A DNA stretch of 64,000 nucleotides, taken from positions 1,366,726 through 1,430,725 of the forward strand of contig MU004198.1 in assembly GCA_010093605.1 (NCBI GenBank), written 5' to 3'. This document shows, piece after piece, positions 12,542 to 24,900 of the stretch. The stretch is from Lophium mytilinum. Its lineage: Eukaryota. The translations under genes were made by a program, and so were the position numbers. Positions within the stretch are counted from its first letter, which is position 1. Every line of letters begins with the position of its first letter. A model generated the notes under the pieces. The model was not told the DNA's origin. It ran no database searches and saw only the letters and a list, made by a program, of their open reading frames with translations.

Positions 12542-14201
12542 ACTAGTAGGAGGCCCGGGACACGTTTGTTCCGACCTCTTGCCATCCCATGAGCCTTTTT
12601 CTTGCTTGCAATGATATACTAGGAAGTCATCCTTTCCGATATGATGCCTTGACAGACTGTAATAGTAATAATTATGGACCCTTACAGAAATTTCACTGCT
12701 ACTTGGCCAACTATTCGAGTTGTTACATGTCGTGGCGTAGGGAAGTATCCTGTTGTACCTATATCTCTACTGAGGACGCTAGTTTCGTCGCCCCTTACTG
12801 CATCGCAGACACTACAGTCGCTCTTCTGTCCATGGCCTCCTACTTGAGGAAGCAAAAAAAACTTAGAGCTTCGGTTTTGTATTACCCCTCAAACGCAGGG
12901 AACCCCCTTCTGTTGCTTTTTGTAACTGCTGGTCAGTTCCAGACCGAGGAATGATTGAGGGATCACCCTGGTGCTATGTAGGTGGTAAGTCAATAAGCAT
13001 TGTAAGTATGACGGTATCTAGGTGTTGTTATTGTGGTGAATGGGGTGAAGGGAGTGGATTCATCCCAAATCTCTACCCTCCTTAGCGCCCCCATGTGACG
13101 ACCAGGTCAGCAAATTTTTGGTGTATCCTCTCTCGCGCGCCCGACTTCATTCTGCGTCCGTCACGTCAAATTTTCGAATTTGACTTGCAGCACCAGCACC
13201 GCCCACAATGGCGAAGGAAAGTGTACGCTGCTCCATCTTATAGTCTATCTATTGCTTTCCACGTTAAGCGTTATCGCGTCCCAACAGGACTCCCTGGCTT
13301 GATCAGCTTACTATAGATAAAAGAAATTGAAACTGTCACATTTTCCTGGAATCTAGGAAATAGCATCAAATAGCCTTTCTTGATTAGTATCCTCGAAATT
13401 TTTATAAAAGGGATTAGAGGTCGTGCTACGCGGCTTAAAGGCGGCGCCAACGTACCTGGTAAATTTGTACACCATCTCTCTTACACCGCAAAACTACCAG
13501 GAACTCCGGGTGCCTTTAGGGAGAAATAGCAGCCTCTATCTATCAACTTCATGCGTCTAGCAGGATCGCTTTAGTTCATCACTAGACCATGCATCGGATG
13601 TGAAGAGAGGCTGTAGACACTTTGATGGGCCAAACCGCTAGTTTGAATGCTTTTCAAGCGTGCTCGGTTGTGCGATTGAATCACTCCCTTAATTCTCTGT
13701 CGTATGTAATTCTCGGATACTGGTGGATGACGCTTTATTATGGAGGCACCTGTCTAGGTGAATTCGCAGAGTGATGACGGATAGGTAGTCATACTATGAG
13801 TACCCCAATCGCTATACTGCTACTTCTGTAGCGCTCCTCCAGACATCATCGTTCACATCGGTCAAAACCGCAATAGCCAGGCTCCACAGCGATGGCCGAT
13901 CCCTTTAGCTTCAACGCAGGGGTAGTTAGTTAGAACTACCGCTGCCGCTCATGCATACTTATTTAACATATTGATATTATCAAGTACGCGCCCGAAGCAA
14001 TCAATAACATCAAAACTGATCTCTATACTGTCCGAGGGCTACTAGACTCCCTGCATAAACTCTCAAGAACGACGAAGGCCACCCATCTCCTCTTAACGCG
14101 CAGACACCGGGGCCAGTAACCTCGAAACGGCTTAAAAAGACTCAACCCTAGATTCCACACCTCTCAAACCTCACCCTTCCGCTCACTACACCTCCCCCCA
14201 T

Positions 14202-14888
14202 CTACGACTCCACAGCACACCCCGCCCCAACCGGCCCCCTCTTCATCGTCAACCTCTGATCCGTATACGTATACTCCCCAGACTCATTCTCCGTGATCGC
14301 CCTCTGCACAAGTGCCGAATCCAAATACCCCCTACACTCCGCAATCTTCCCCTGCTCCGTCCAGCGCGTGACCCATGCGAACTTATTATCATACACAAGC
14401 CCTGTTCACCACCATTAGCCCCTCATTCCACTCGGATCTACCACATAAAGCGAGCCAGAACACCACTCACCATTCTTACAAACCCCCTGCCCATGCAACT
14501 CCTGCACACTCCACTCCTCTTCCCCCCCACCCACGATATACGTGAGTTTCATCGACCCCTTATGCGCGGGATCCAGCGTATTCGCGAGCCGCGCCAGCGC
14601 GTCGACGGCGAAGATGGTGCGGTTGTGGTACACGCCGGCCAGCGCGTGGGTGCCCATCAGCGTCCACTGGACATCCGGCGTGACCTGGTCGAGGAACGCG
14701 GTGAAGTTGCCTTCAGCGAGGTGGGCGAAGACTTTCGAGATTTCACACTTGTTGGGGAACTTGGTGGCGGGTTGGGCGGGCGTGCAGAGGCAGGCTGAGG
14801 TTTGGTTGGTGGGGGAGCAGGTGGCGAGGGCGGGGATGAGGAGGGTGGAGAGGGTGAGGAGGGGGAGGAGGGAGGTGGGGATGTGCAT
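14202..14888 (-). CDS. Secreted SnoaL/NTF2-like protein, 2 exons
   Basis: Signal peptide; PDVQWTLMGTHALAGVYH; intron 14402-14470 joins to GLVYDNKFAWVTRW...ECRGYLDSALV. Confidence 0.85.
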
Positions 14889-15849
14889 GGTGGGTGATGG
14901 TAAGTGATGGTATAGAAGGAGAGAGGGAGAGAGATACTGAGCGAGGTGGATGGGGACGGGGATGGTGTGTTTTATATGTTTACCTTGACATTGAGATGGA
15001 GTATAGAAGGCTCTCCGTCGAGTAACAAGCTAATGGGTTTCGCATCTGTCCCCTCATTCGGTTGTTCATGAGTACAGTTTGAGCTCTGGCAGCAGTCGGG
15101 ATCGACAACTTGTAGCTGAAGGCATGGGTAGAGAGCGATCCGGGAGGCTCAATTACTCATTTGGGGCGACTCGAGTGGCACGTACGTCCATTTCCTTGGT
15201 GTACCTGCAGGTGTATGGCGTAGGTGTAGTACGATGAATGGTGTTGGATCTTCCCTATAAAGGTACAGGATTATGTGAGCTCCCCAACCTAGACCATTTG
15301 GAGTAATTTGGTACGATAAAACCAGTCCCCGAGACATTAGTGGACAAAGCCCGTACATAATATCCCGACCTTTGTTGTAAAGTTGGAGGTAAGCATCGCG
15401 AGTAGTAAGTGGCGGTGCAATCTTGAGCAGGGGTCTTCCGAGCTCTGGGGTTTTCCGAACTTCGAAAATAGGCGCAAGGGGATGATCGACCTTTCATCGC
15501 TGGACCACCTCAGACGACGTCACCATGCTTTCGTGAAAGATGATTAGCTCCAAATCGTCTCAGAAGGTAAAAATATATGACTTTTACAGATGCGATTCTG
15601 ATCTACTTTTCTCAACCGATTACCCACCCCACCTTGCTCCGCTATGCAAATACAGGTCCCAAGAAGGACCAGAAATTCGTCCTCGTCCTGTGAAACTTAC
15701 ATCTCAACGTTTTAGTCAACTTGCTCTGGGCACGTAGAGGCATGCTAGTGCCCAAGTCGCCGCCTCTATTCCACGCGATCGGTCTCTACACGCACGATCA
15801 TCTCCAATGTGCCAGGAACTGAAAGTTTATCAAAGCTCATAGCTCATAG

Positions 15850-16834
15850 TTAGACCTTTGGCTTGGTCTTCGGTGTGCCGCTGCGGATGCGCTTGGCCTC
15901 GGGGCGTTGAAGATGGGCGGCCGGGATCCAGCTCTCGTCGTACTTGGCGCCAGAGGTAACAGCAGGGCCGTCCGCACCGACCACGGAAACCTGATCAGCC
16001 GGGTCGACCTTCTTGGAGCCACCGGACGACCTCTTGGCACGCTCGCCGCCCTTGCCACCGCGACGCTTCTGCGGGAAGAGGGTGGTGATCCAGGTGGTGT
16101 AGATGAAGTAGATGGTTCCACCAAACGCGGCGGTGAGGACGAGGTAAAGGAAGATGCTAGCAACAGGTCAGCTGGCAAGATTGCAGTGGGCGGGGGAGGC
16201 CGGGAAGGCGGGAACGTACATCTGGGGGTCAAAGAAGCTGGTAGGGGCCTCGACAACGCTAACCGTCTCGTTGTAAACGGACAGGGTGTAGAAGGCCTCC
16301 TTCTGGTCCTGCACCACGGCTACCAGCTGCAAACGCATATCCTGCGGGTGCAGTTCGGTGGCAAAAGTGTAGGTCAGGGACTCTTCTGCGCCGGCCGGGA
16401 TCTCGACGTTGTACTTCTGCGCGGTGAGGTTACGCAGGACCTGGCCCTCGCTGGAGATCAGCGAGCCGCCGACCATGGCGACGGTGAGGGGAGCAGGCTC
16501 ATTGTTGGTGACGGAGAGCACGGCCTGGGTCGCGTGGCCGTTGATGAGCTTCACGCCAAAGATCTCAGACTGCGGGAAGGAGGCGGAGATGGCGACCTTG
16601 AGGTTGGGCGTCTGCGCGGCATCATCGTTGAGCTCCTCGACCGATTCAACCTGTCGGGGCTCCTGTTAGCATGCCAATTGGGCTACAGCGGTGGGCGGAA
16701 AGGGTTCTAGCAGAACAGCGTTGGCCGTTGATGTCATGCCGGAGTGCGGTGCGGAGACGTACATCGATCTGGGCCACGGCGCTGAGGGCGCGCAGCGAGA
16801 GCAGCAGCAGGGACGAGAGCTTCCAGGACACCAT
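15850..16834 (-). CDS. IRC22: Translocon-associated protein alpha (SSR1/Irc22-like), 3 exons
   Basis: Signal peptide; introns 16651-16762 and 16157-16219; motifs VKLINGH, LRNLT and YNETVSVVEAPTSFFDPQIIFLYL (TM); tail YDESWIPAAHL. Confidence 0.88.
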
Positions 16835-17544
16835 GGCGGGCAGGACAGAGGAGGATTCGGGGGCGATGGGAGGGAGTTTGCGTGGTGGTGATGGTTTCGC
16901 AGCGATATTGGGCGAACGTGGCTTCTCAGGGCGATTGGCCCGCGGTCGGGGCAGCTGCTAGCCTCTTTCGGCGTCGTGTGGGTCGTTTAGCCCTGTCGCA
17001 CCTACAACCACCACAACCTCGTCTGTCTTCACCGGACCAGCATCAGCCTAGACACGCTCGCTGCACCTACGCGCATCTGCTGCAGCCCGAGAGAGAACTT
17101 CAAAGAATCGTCGAGACAGCAGCGCCTGCGCCCGCCCGTCTGCCTCGCCGCACAACACTGTCGCAGCTATATATATCCTGTCGCGGCGGCGTCGAACAAG
17201 CGCCCTCCAGGTCGTTGCCATTAACACTGCAGCCACTCACACACAGCGCCCTTTCCTTGAAGCTCGGCCCTGTGCCACCATTCACCAATTTCTACACCTG
17301 GACGAAGCGCCTGTCCCTCAGTCCAACGTCTTCGCCTCACTTTGCTCTTCTTCCTACAAAGGTATCTTCTGCCCGCGCCCTGCTGCTCTCAGCATCTGCC
17401 CTCTTGAACCATCCACCTCCCCCATCAGTTTGAACAACCTAAACAACGCACCCTTTCCGTCCTCTTTCCTAGCTCTCCAGCAGCCTGGCAGCTGTGCGCT
17501 CTTTCAGACACCCTCATTGAGCCACTATCCAGCTCTGCTCCCGA

Positions 17545-19635
17545 ATGTCACCCGCTCCGAAGATGCCTGGCATGTCTAACCTACCTGGCGCCATTCGCGG
17601 TGGTGGCGGTGGCGGACTGACCACATACCACGAAAACGAGGTCGATTCCTCAAAATCTCTTTGGGACCGCTACGAAAAGGTCCAGGTCCTCGATCAGGAA
17701 AAACACCATCTGTTCGAAGAGATTCTTGCTCGCTATGAGGGCCTGTACGAGCTGTATACTGCCAAATGCGACGCCCATGAGCGCGAAACCGAGTATGCTA
17801 GAACTGTCCAGAATGAGAAGAAGGAGATTGAAAAGGAAAATCGCGCTTTCCGAACTTGCTGGGAGCGCGATCCGTTTGTTGTCATTCTCATCGACGGCGA
17901 CGGCATGATTGTAAGTGTCGCCATACTAACATACATTGCATGCTCATAGATATCCGCACACTGTTCTGCCGCCGCTTAGGCATCTCGTGGTATTTTCTGA
18001 AACCGGCGCTTCCATTTTGTCTACATCCCTCTGCTGCAGCTCAGTGTGGCCTCATGAGTTTACCAGCTGCTGAAAGGGCAGGGATCCGTCAAAATCAGAA
18101 CTCTCCAAATACCACGAGGCACACAAGCGTTGGCAGAACAGTGTACTACTACACGCACACCTGGCTGACTCATATAGTTTTCCGATGTTCTGCTCAACGC
18201 AGGTGCCATGGGGGGCAAGCAAGCTGCCGATCTTCTCCATGGCCACATGGCCCACCTCATTGACGCCACCGAAAACATCCCTAGAACAGCCAAAATCGTA
18301 ACTCGTGTCTACGCTAATTTCAAAGGCCTTGCCGATATCTGTTACAAGGTCGGTATCATCGACGACCGCTGCAAAATTGAGGAATTTGCCCGTGGGTTTA
18401 CCCGTGGTAGGCATCTGTTTGACTTTGTCGATGTGGGTCCTGGAAAAGACCGCGCCGACGAGAAAATCATTGGTGAGTGCTCAAATTTCTTCTGTGCACA
18501 CTTGTCTGCCACTGTTTGTGATGCTTCAATGAGTTTCAAGGTGGATAACTTCCATCTCTTTGACGTTTCTGAAACTCCTCTATGGCGCCTCAAACGGTGG
18601 CAGAAATGTGTACACATGATTACAAGAGACAGGTCTTGACGAGTGTGCTGCTTTACTACCCCCGACATGACCTGCAGCCTCCGTTTAGTAACATGTGTCT
18701 AACTAATTACTTGAATAGAAACTTTGAAGCTATACGTCGGCAACATCCATTGCCGTCAGATCTTTTTTGGGTGCTCCCACGACAACGGCTACGCCCGAGT
18801 CTTGGAAGAAGACGCGCACGATGAGTTTTTCAACACTCGAGTCACTCTTTTGGAAGGCGTTCCATTCGAAAAGGAGCTCCAGGAGCTTCCATTTAGGACC
18901 CAAAAGTTCGAAGGATTGTTCCGCGATACCAAGATCCTCAACCCGGACCGCCCTACCTATGGACTTCCACCTTCCTTTCCGCCCGCTTTCAATCCTCAGA
19001 TGGGTCGTCAAGCTATGATTGCTGGAAATGTCAACAATACTCCAGGATCTTCGCCGTACCTGTCAAGAAATCCATCAATTTCCACCGTTGCGTCCAACGA
19101 CCTCTCTGGCTTCCCAGCTCTCGTACCGCAGCCTACGACCGTCACCTGGGCCAACCGAGCCGCAGCACCACCCCCACCGCCAAAGAGCCCACCGCCAAAG
19201 TTTGCCCCAGCTAGTAGCACTCCGACCACTGTCCCGCGCAACCGTGCCGGCCAGCGCGTCGACCCACAGTCTGCCAATTACAACAAAGAAGAAGTCAACC
19301 GCGTCAAAAACCTCAAGATGTGCAACGTGCACTTCCTGCGCAACGAGTGCCCCTTTGGCGCGCAGTGCACCCACGTCCACAGCTATAAGCCAACCCGCAA
19401 CGAGCTTGAAACACTGAAGCTCGTCGCGCGCATGGCGCCCTGCATTAACGGGTCCAGCTGCGACGACATCAAATGCATCTACGGCCACCGCTGCCCGGCA
19501 CCGGACCCTAAGAATGGCGGGTCCCCCGCCGGCGGCAAGAGCAAGACGTGCATCTTTGCGGATAAGTGCAAGTTCCCGCCGGAGCTGCACGGGATTGATA
19601 CGAATGTCGTCAAGAGGATTGTCATTCGTAACTAG
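17545..19635 (+). CDS. Coiled-coil + NYN/PIN-like (DUF7923-type) domain + tandem CCCH zinc-finger protein, 3 exons
   Basis: Exons 17545-17910, 18178-18472 and 18719-19635. Motifs ILIDGDGMIF, FDFVDVGPGKDRADEKI and FFGCSHDNGY (acidic NYN/PIN-like pattern), followed by CNVHFLRNECPFGAQCTHVH, CINGSSCDDIKCIYGHRC and CIFADKCKFPPELH. Confidence 0.88.
17958..18144 (+). ncRNA. Long intronic hairpin 1 (candidate structured RNA)
   Basis: Nested complementary blocks: acactgttctgcc/ggcagaacagtgt, cgctt/aagcg, ctcgtggtattt/aaataccacgag, ttctga/tcagaa, atccct/agggat, gcagct/agctgc. Confidence 0.7.
18493..18616 (+). ncRNA. Long intronic hairpin 2 (candidate structured RNA)
   Basis: tgtgcacacttgtctgccactgtttg pairs with caaacggtggcagaaatgtgtacaca; gagtttca/tgaaactc; aggtgga/tccatct closes a 5-nt loop. 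Confidence 0.7.
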
Positions 19636-20276
19636 TTCCCATTTCGGGACTGTTTACCGAGGACTGACTGGGTGCGTTTTGTAGGCCGAAGCAGCGCTGG
19701 GGCTACTCAGATGGCGTCGGTCTACACGGTGGAGCGTGGGTACTCTGGCTGGTGGCTTTTCGGAGGGTTTGGCGATTGAGCGATTGAACGACTGCATGAT
19801 CGAAATCAGCTACTCAGCTCAGGCCACTTTTCGGTAAGGTATGCCCCTTTTTACCTTTGCAATGGAGAGCACTACAATTCCCCCTTTCCTATCGTGGCCC
19901 TTTTTCTTTTCCTTTCAGCTACAAGCTTTCTTTCCTTCGGCTTGGTATTTTGGCGTAGGAGTGGGCTGGGACACGGAAAATCGGTTATACCATACATGAA
20001 AAGGGAGGTCTGGCAACGGACAGGATGAATGGGGTTCCAATTTTCCTTCCTTCTTTCTTTTCACGGCTGGGACGGCATGGTTTTGGTATCCGACATGAGG
20101 TAGTCCTCTAGAACGGTAGCTGGGCTAGCTACGAATGACTGCGATCTGGGTATCAACTCAACTCTATCGCCTTGCGTCGCCGTGCTCTTCTACTGATATA
20201 ACATAATATGATATGACAGCATCTGGGTATCACCAACCTCCCCCCTCTTCCCTCCCAATATCTAGGTGGACGGGCC

Positions 20277-21380
20277 TTACTCCCCTCGCCACGCCCCAAA
20301 CTCCTCCTCCAAATGCGCCTTCAGCTGCTTAAACCGCCCGAAATAGTTCTTCCGCACCGCCAACACACCATATCCCCCCTTAAATACCCCTCGCGGGTCG
20401 GATGCCACCGCGGATCCTCGTCTCCCAGCGGGAAATCCGCGAGCGGCACGAAGAACGGCGTCGCGAAGGAGTTGTAGTGTTTCCGGTGCTTCAGCGCGGG
20501 GGAGTGCCGGTCCTGCGACAGGATGTGGACGTGCAGGTGGGACATGGAGGGGTGGGCGTGAACGCCTGGGGGGTGTTACTGGGGGTTGGGGAGTTGGGGG
20601 AGGGGAAGGTGGCAAGGGAAGGCTAAGAGGGGGAAAGGGAAGGCTTAGAGGGGAAAAGAAGTAGTTGGGAGGGGAAAAGGGAAGGTTGAGGTGAGGATAG
20701 AGGGGGGAACGTACCGGCTATCACCTCCGCTTCCCAGTCGCGGCCCTTTGGTAGTATCGACTCCAGCTCGGCTTCTGTGGGGATGTCGGCGTCGTCGCCG
20801 GACATTATCTCCTCGAGGGCCGCTTCGCGGGATTTATCTGCCGCGGAGTACGCCCCATACCGCCGCCGTAGTTCGGCGGCTACGATCTTCACCGCTTTCG
20901 CGGCCTCAACCTTCACCTCTGCTAGGAACGCGGGATTCGTGCTCAAAGCAGTAAGGGGATGTGTGTCCGAGATCGCCTTGTCCCGCGGGAGCAGAAGAAG
21001 GTGTACGCTGCTTTTCGGGAAGAGGTCGTGGATGAGGACGTAATTGTCGTTATGCAATATGACTACGGAGGATGGGAAGGAAGTTGGCGAGGCGATGTAG
21101 GCGCCGAGACCGGCGCGGTCTTTGAAGACGTGGCGGGAGGGGGGAAGTGGAGGTGCAAGTGGGGTGGGTTTGGGGTGTTTTGAGGAGGACATGAGTTCTG
21201 TGACTGGGGGAGTTAGTGGGAGTAGGGAGTATGGGGGAGTTGGTTTGGAGAGTTGGGTGGGATGGGTGGAGATAACGTACAGGCGTTTGGCCGCTTGGGG
21301 GGTTGGGAGGTGGGGATGGCCGTGGTTCTTATTTCGGATGCTGTGATGGGGTCCTCTGGGGACTTTTTTGCTGGTTCCAT
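20277..21380 (-). CDS. HNT3: Aprataxin (HIT-family DNA 5'-adenylate hydrolase), 3 exons, apparent 1-nt frameshift near 20350
   Basis: Introns 21204-21280 and 20566-20714. Motifs [46 protein letters not shown] and CWRCG. The remaining zinc-finger helix LKAHLEEEF is in another frame. Confidence 0.9.
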
Positions 21381-21937
21381 GGTGTTAAAAGCGGGATTGG
21401 GGGTGCGGAGGTGACTAGGGCAATTGTGAGGGTGCCTGGCAGGTTTACTGGAGAAGGTGATAGTCAGGGGTAGCTTGGACCGCTATGAGAATTGCTAGAA
21501 CCAGCGCTTGAAAGTTCTTGATAGTGTACGAGAGGGTCTTAGACAGTGCTGGGAAGTAAATGCAAACCTGGAGAGTGTATATGCGTGGAAGCGTGGAGGG
21601 AGTTGAGCTCCAAAACACCAGGGCGCACAGATCCCAGAGTGACGTTGCGGCCGGGCGCTAAAGTGAGCTTATTTCAGCCCTATGAGATTTTCCTCCGCCC
21701 CGCTACCCGTTGCCTGGCGAAGGCTATGGTGACTGACAACCCCAGCTTTTAAACATCTTTTCTTCGACGAGAGGCTTAGCTAGGTAGTAGCTGAAGTCGC
21801 ATCAATACTGCAGCTTCCAGCTACTGTGAAGTGCGCTTCCAGGCCTTCCCAGCAATATCTTCAGCAGCCTCACTTTCTCCGCAATACAACTACCTTACCT
21901 CCGAAACCTCCCACCCAAGCTCCTACACCCTTACACC

Positions 21938-24900
21938 ATGGTAAAGAAAGCCCACCCTCCCCGCGGTGCAGCAGGCAAGAAACCCGCCACCGCCCCTCCC
22001 GCCGACGACGCCAGCTACATCGTCTTCTCCAACTCGTCCAAAAACAACGACGAGAGCGCCGCCGCGAAGGCCAAAGCGCGGAAAGAAGCGCGCGAAGAAG
22101 AAGAGAAAAAGCGCGCCGAGACACGGACGCTCATCGGCGGCGCGTCATGGACGGGGAAGCTGCCGGTCAACATGCTAGCGGAGCATTGCCAGAAGCAGAA
22201 GTGGGCGAGGCCGGATTACAGGACGGTGCGCGACGCGTTCACTTTCACAACTTAATGGCTTCACGTGACTTCGAGAAACAGCGGATGAGTGGAATAAGCT
22301 AAGACTGTGATTGTAGTATAGGAAAGCGGACGATTCTTGGTCCGCGACCGTCCTCCTCTCTTCTACGAACCCGAAAACGCAGGAGAAGATTACCCTTCCG
22401 CCGTTTATATTACCTGATACGCATATCCAGCTCTCGTACGCCCCGACGCAGGTCGAGGCGAAGCATTTTGCTGCGACGTATACACTATTTCGGGTCGCGA
22501 GTATGAAGAATATCCACCTCACGCTGCCGCCGTCGTATAAGGAACACTGGAAGGGCGCGTTTCAGGAACTGAAGGAGGCAGATAAGAAGGAGGGGCGTGC
22601 GTGGATGTATGAGGCGGATCCATTTACAGCATACAAGGAGCGGGAACAGGCGAAGGCGGCGGCAGCAAAGAAGAGGGAAGAGATGATGAAGCAGCGGGCG
22701 AAGGAGCAGAGCGGGCCTGGGCTGCCGGGGATGGGTGGTGGGGGCCCCGGAGGCGGGAGTAATAAATTGAAAGGGTGGATGAGGGTGCCTAAGATTGAAT
22801 TGGGAAAGCGGACGAGAGCGGAGATCGAGAGGCTGGTGCGGAGAGATGCGGTATGGAATCCGAATAATCTGCAGCCATCCGACCAGGCGAGAACAAAGAT
22901 GATTGAAGCCGTGGTGGGACTGGGATTCAGGAGAAGCCATGTCGAAGAAGCGGCGGAGCTTTGCAAGGACCGTGAGGAGTGTCTGGAATGGCTGTTGATT
23001 CACGTCCCGGAAGATGATTTGCCCAGTTGGAGTCTTCCCGAGGGCTATGTTGCGGGCATCAGCATGGCAAGCGGGAATCTAAAACGAGAAGCTGCTCTTA
23101 AGCGACTTGCGACAGCAGGATACGCGGTGGAGATGTGTGAAGCAGCATACGATGGCCAAGGCGGTGATGAGGCAGAAGCAGCAGCTGTTTTGCAAAACCA
23201 TCTTCTACAGAACACTGACGTCGATGACGATCTAGCAGAACATCTTTCAAAGACAGAACTCGACGAAGCGGATGATTATGGTCCGGACCCATGGGAAGAA
23301 GAGCAGGAATCGCTTGCAGCCATCTACGACACCAAATACGAAGCTCCATCACCAGATACATGTCGAATACAACTCGAATGCGAGCAGAAGTCTGGGAAGA
23401 AAATAGTTCTTCAAGCTCGAAAAGCAGTAGGATATCCACATGCTCTACCCACTATCACGATTCAAGCACAACTGCCGGCCTACATACGTCTCAGCATAAT
23501 CAGGCGGGTCCTGATCTATGCCAGCTCAAATCTGATGGGGACTCAAATGCTGTTTGATCTGGTCGATTGGCTAGAGCGAGAGATACCAGGCATTATTGAG
23601 CGACCAGGAAGACTCTCCGATGTGTCTTCTGGGCTATCCGCCGCTGATAGTGGCGCGCATACCAAACAAGTTCGGCAAAAGCAGAACAGGAATAGGCCTC
23701 GAAAGCCTGTACATTGGCGTCCAGGCACACCGACAAGCATTCGTATGCTGGAACAGTGGCAATCGAAACAAAGTATGCCTGCTCAGGAACGGATGATGGC
23801 AGCTCGGCGATCACTACCAGCATGGGAGCTCCGGGAAGACATTGTTGAAGCCGTGGAATACAATCAGGTTGTCATCATCTCCGGTGAGACGGGTTCTGGA
23901 AAATCAACGCAGTCTGTCCAATTCATCTTGGATGATCTGATCAAGCGTAAACTTGGGGAAGCTGTCAACATCATCTGTACCCAGCCGAGGAGGATATCGG
24001 CCTTAGGTCTCGCGGACAGAGTGGCAGACGAACGATGTTCTGTCGTTGGAGATGAAGTTGGATATACCATTCGTGGAGAATCTAAGGGCAAACCAGGTGT
24101 CACCAAGATAACGTTTGTCACCACTGGTGTTTTGCTGCGAAGGCTTCAAACATCCGGTGGCAGTCCGGACGATGTCGTTGCGGCACTGGCCGATGTCAGT
24201 CATGTTGTGGTTGACGAAGTCCATGAACGCAGTCTTGATACTGACTTCCTGCTCGTGCTGCTGAGAGATATTCTGCACCGGAGAAAGGACCTCAAGGTTA
24301 TTTTGATGAGTGCGACGCTCGATGCTGATGTCTTCGAGAGGTACTTTGCTGGTGTCGGATCTGTTGGCAGGGTTGAAATCCAAGGACGGACGCACCCAGT
24401 GCAAGACTTCCACGTTGACGATGTCGTGCGAATGACAGGTTTTGCAGGCCACCGAGATGACGACTATGAGGATGATGACGAGTCGGCAAAGTCTATGGCG
24501 GGGGCGCTCAAGAACGTGGGCATGAGGATAAATTATGATCTCATTGCGAGCACCGTAAAGCACATAGATGCTCAGCTTAGTGGTCAAGATGGCGGCATTC
24601 TGATCTTTCTACCTGGAACTATGGAGATCGATCGGACTATTCAGGTACGTTGACTGACTTAACTTCAGATCAAGTGATTAACATTTATACAAGGCTCTCC
24701 GCAACATCCCAAATCTTCATGCTCTTCCGCTTCACGCGTCTCTTCTTCCAGTCGAACAAAAGCGAGTATTTCCACCTCCACCTCATGGGAAACGGAAAGT
24801 CGTCTGCGCCACCAACGTCGCTGAAACCTCCATCACTATCGAAGACATCGTAGCCGTCATCGACACAGGTCGCGTCAAGGAGACCAGCTTCGATCCGCAA

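Noticed and set aside
13078..13088. ctccttagcgc matching the left end of the 52-kb element
   Set aside because: Only 11 nt match and I found no partner inverted end.
17911..17949. Stwintron (nested intron) reading of the double branch sites in CCCH intron 1
   Set aside because: Removing an internal intron does not rebuild a credible donor; kept only as an alternative 3' splice-site hypothesis.
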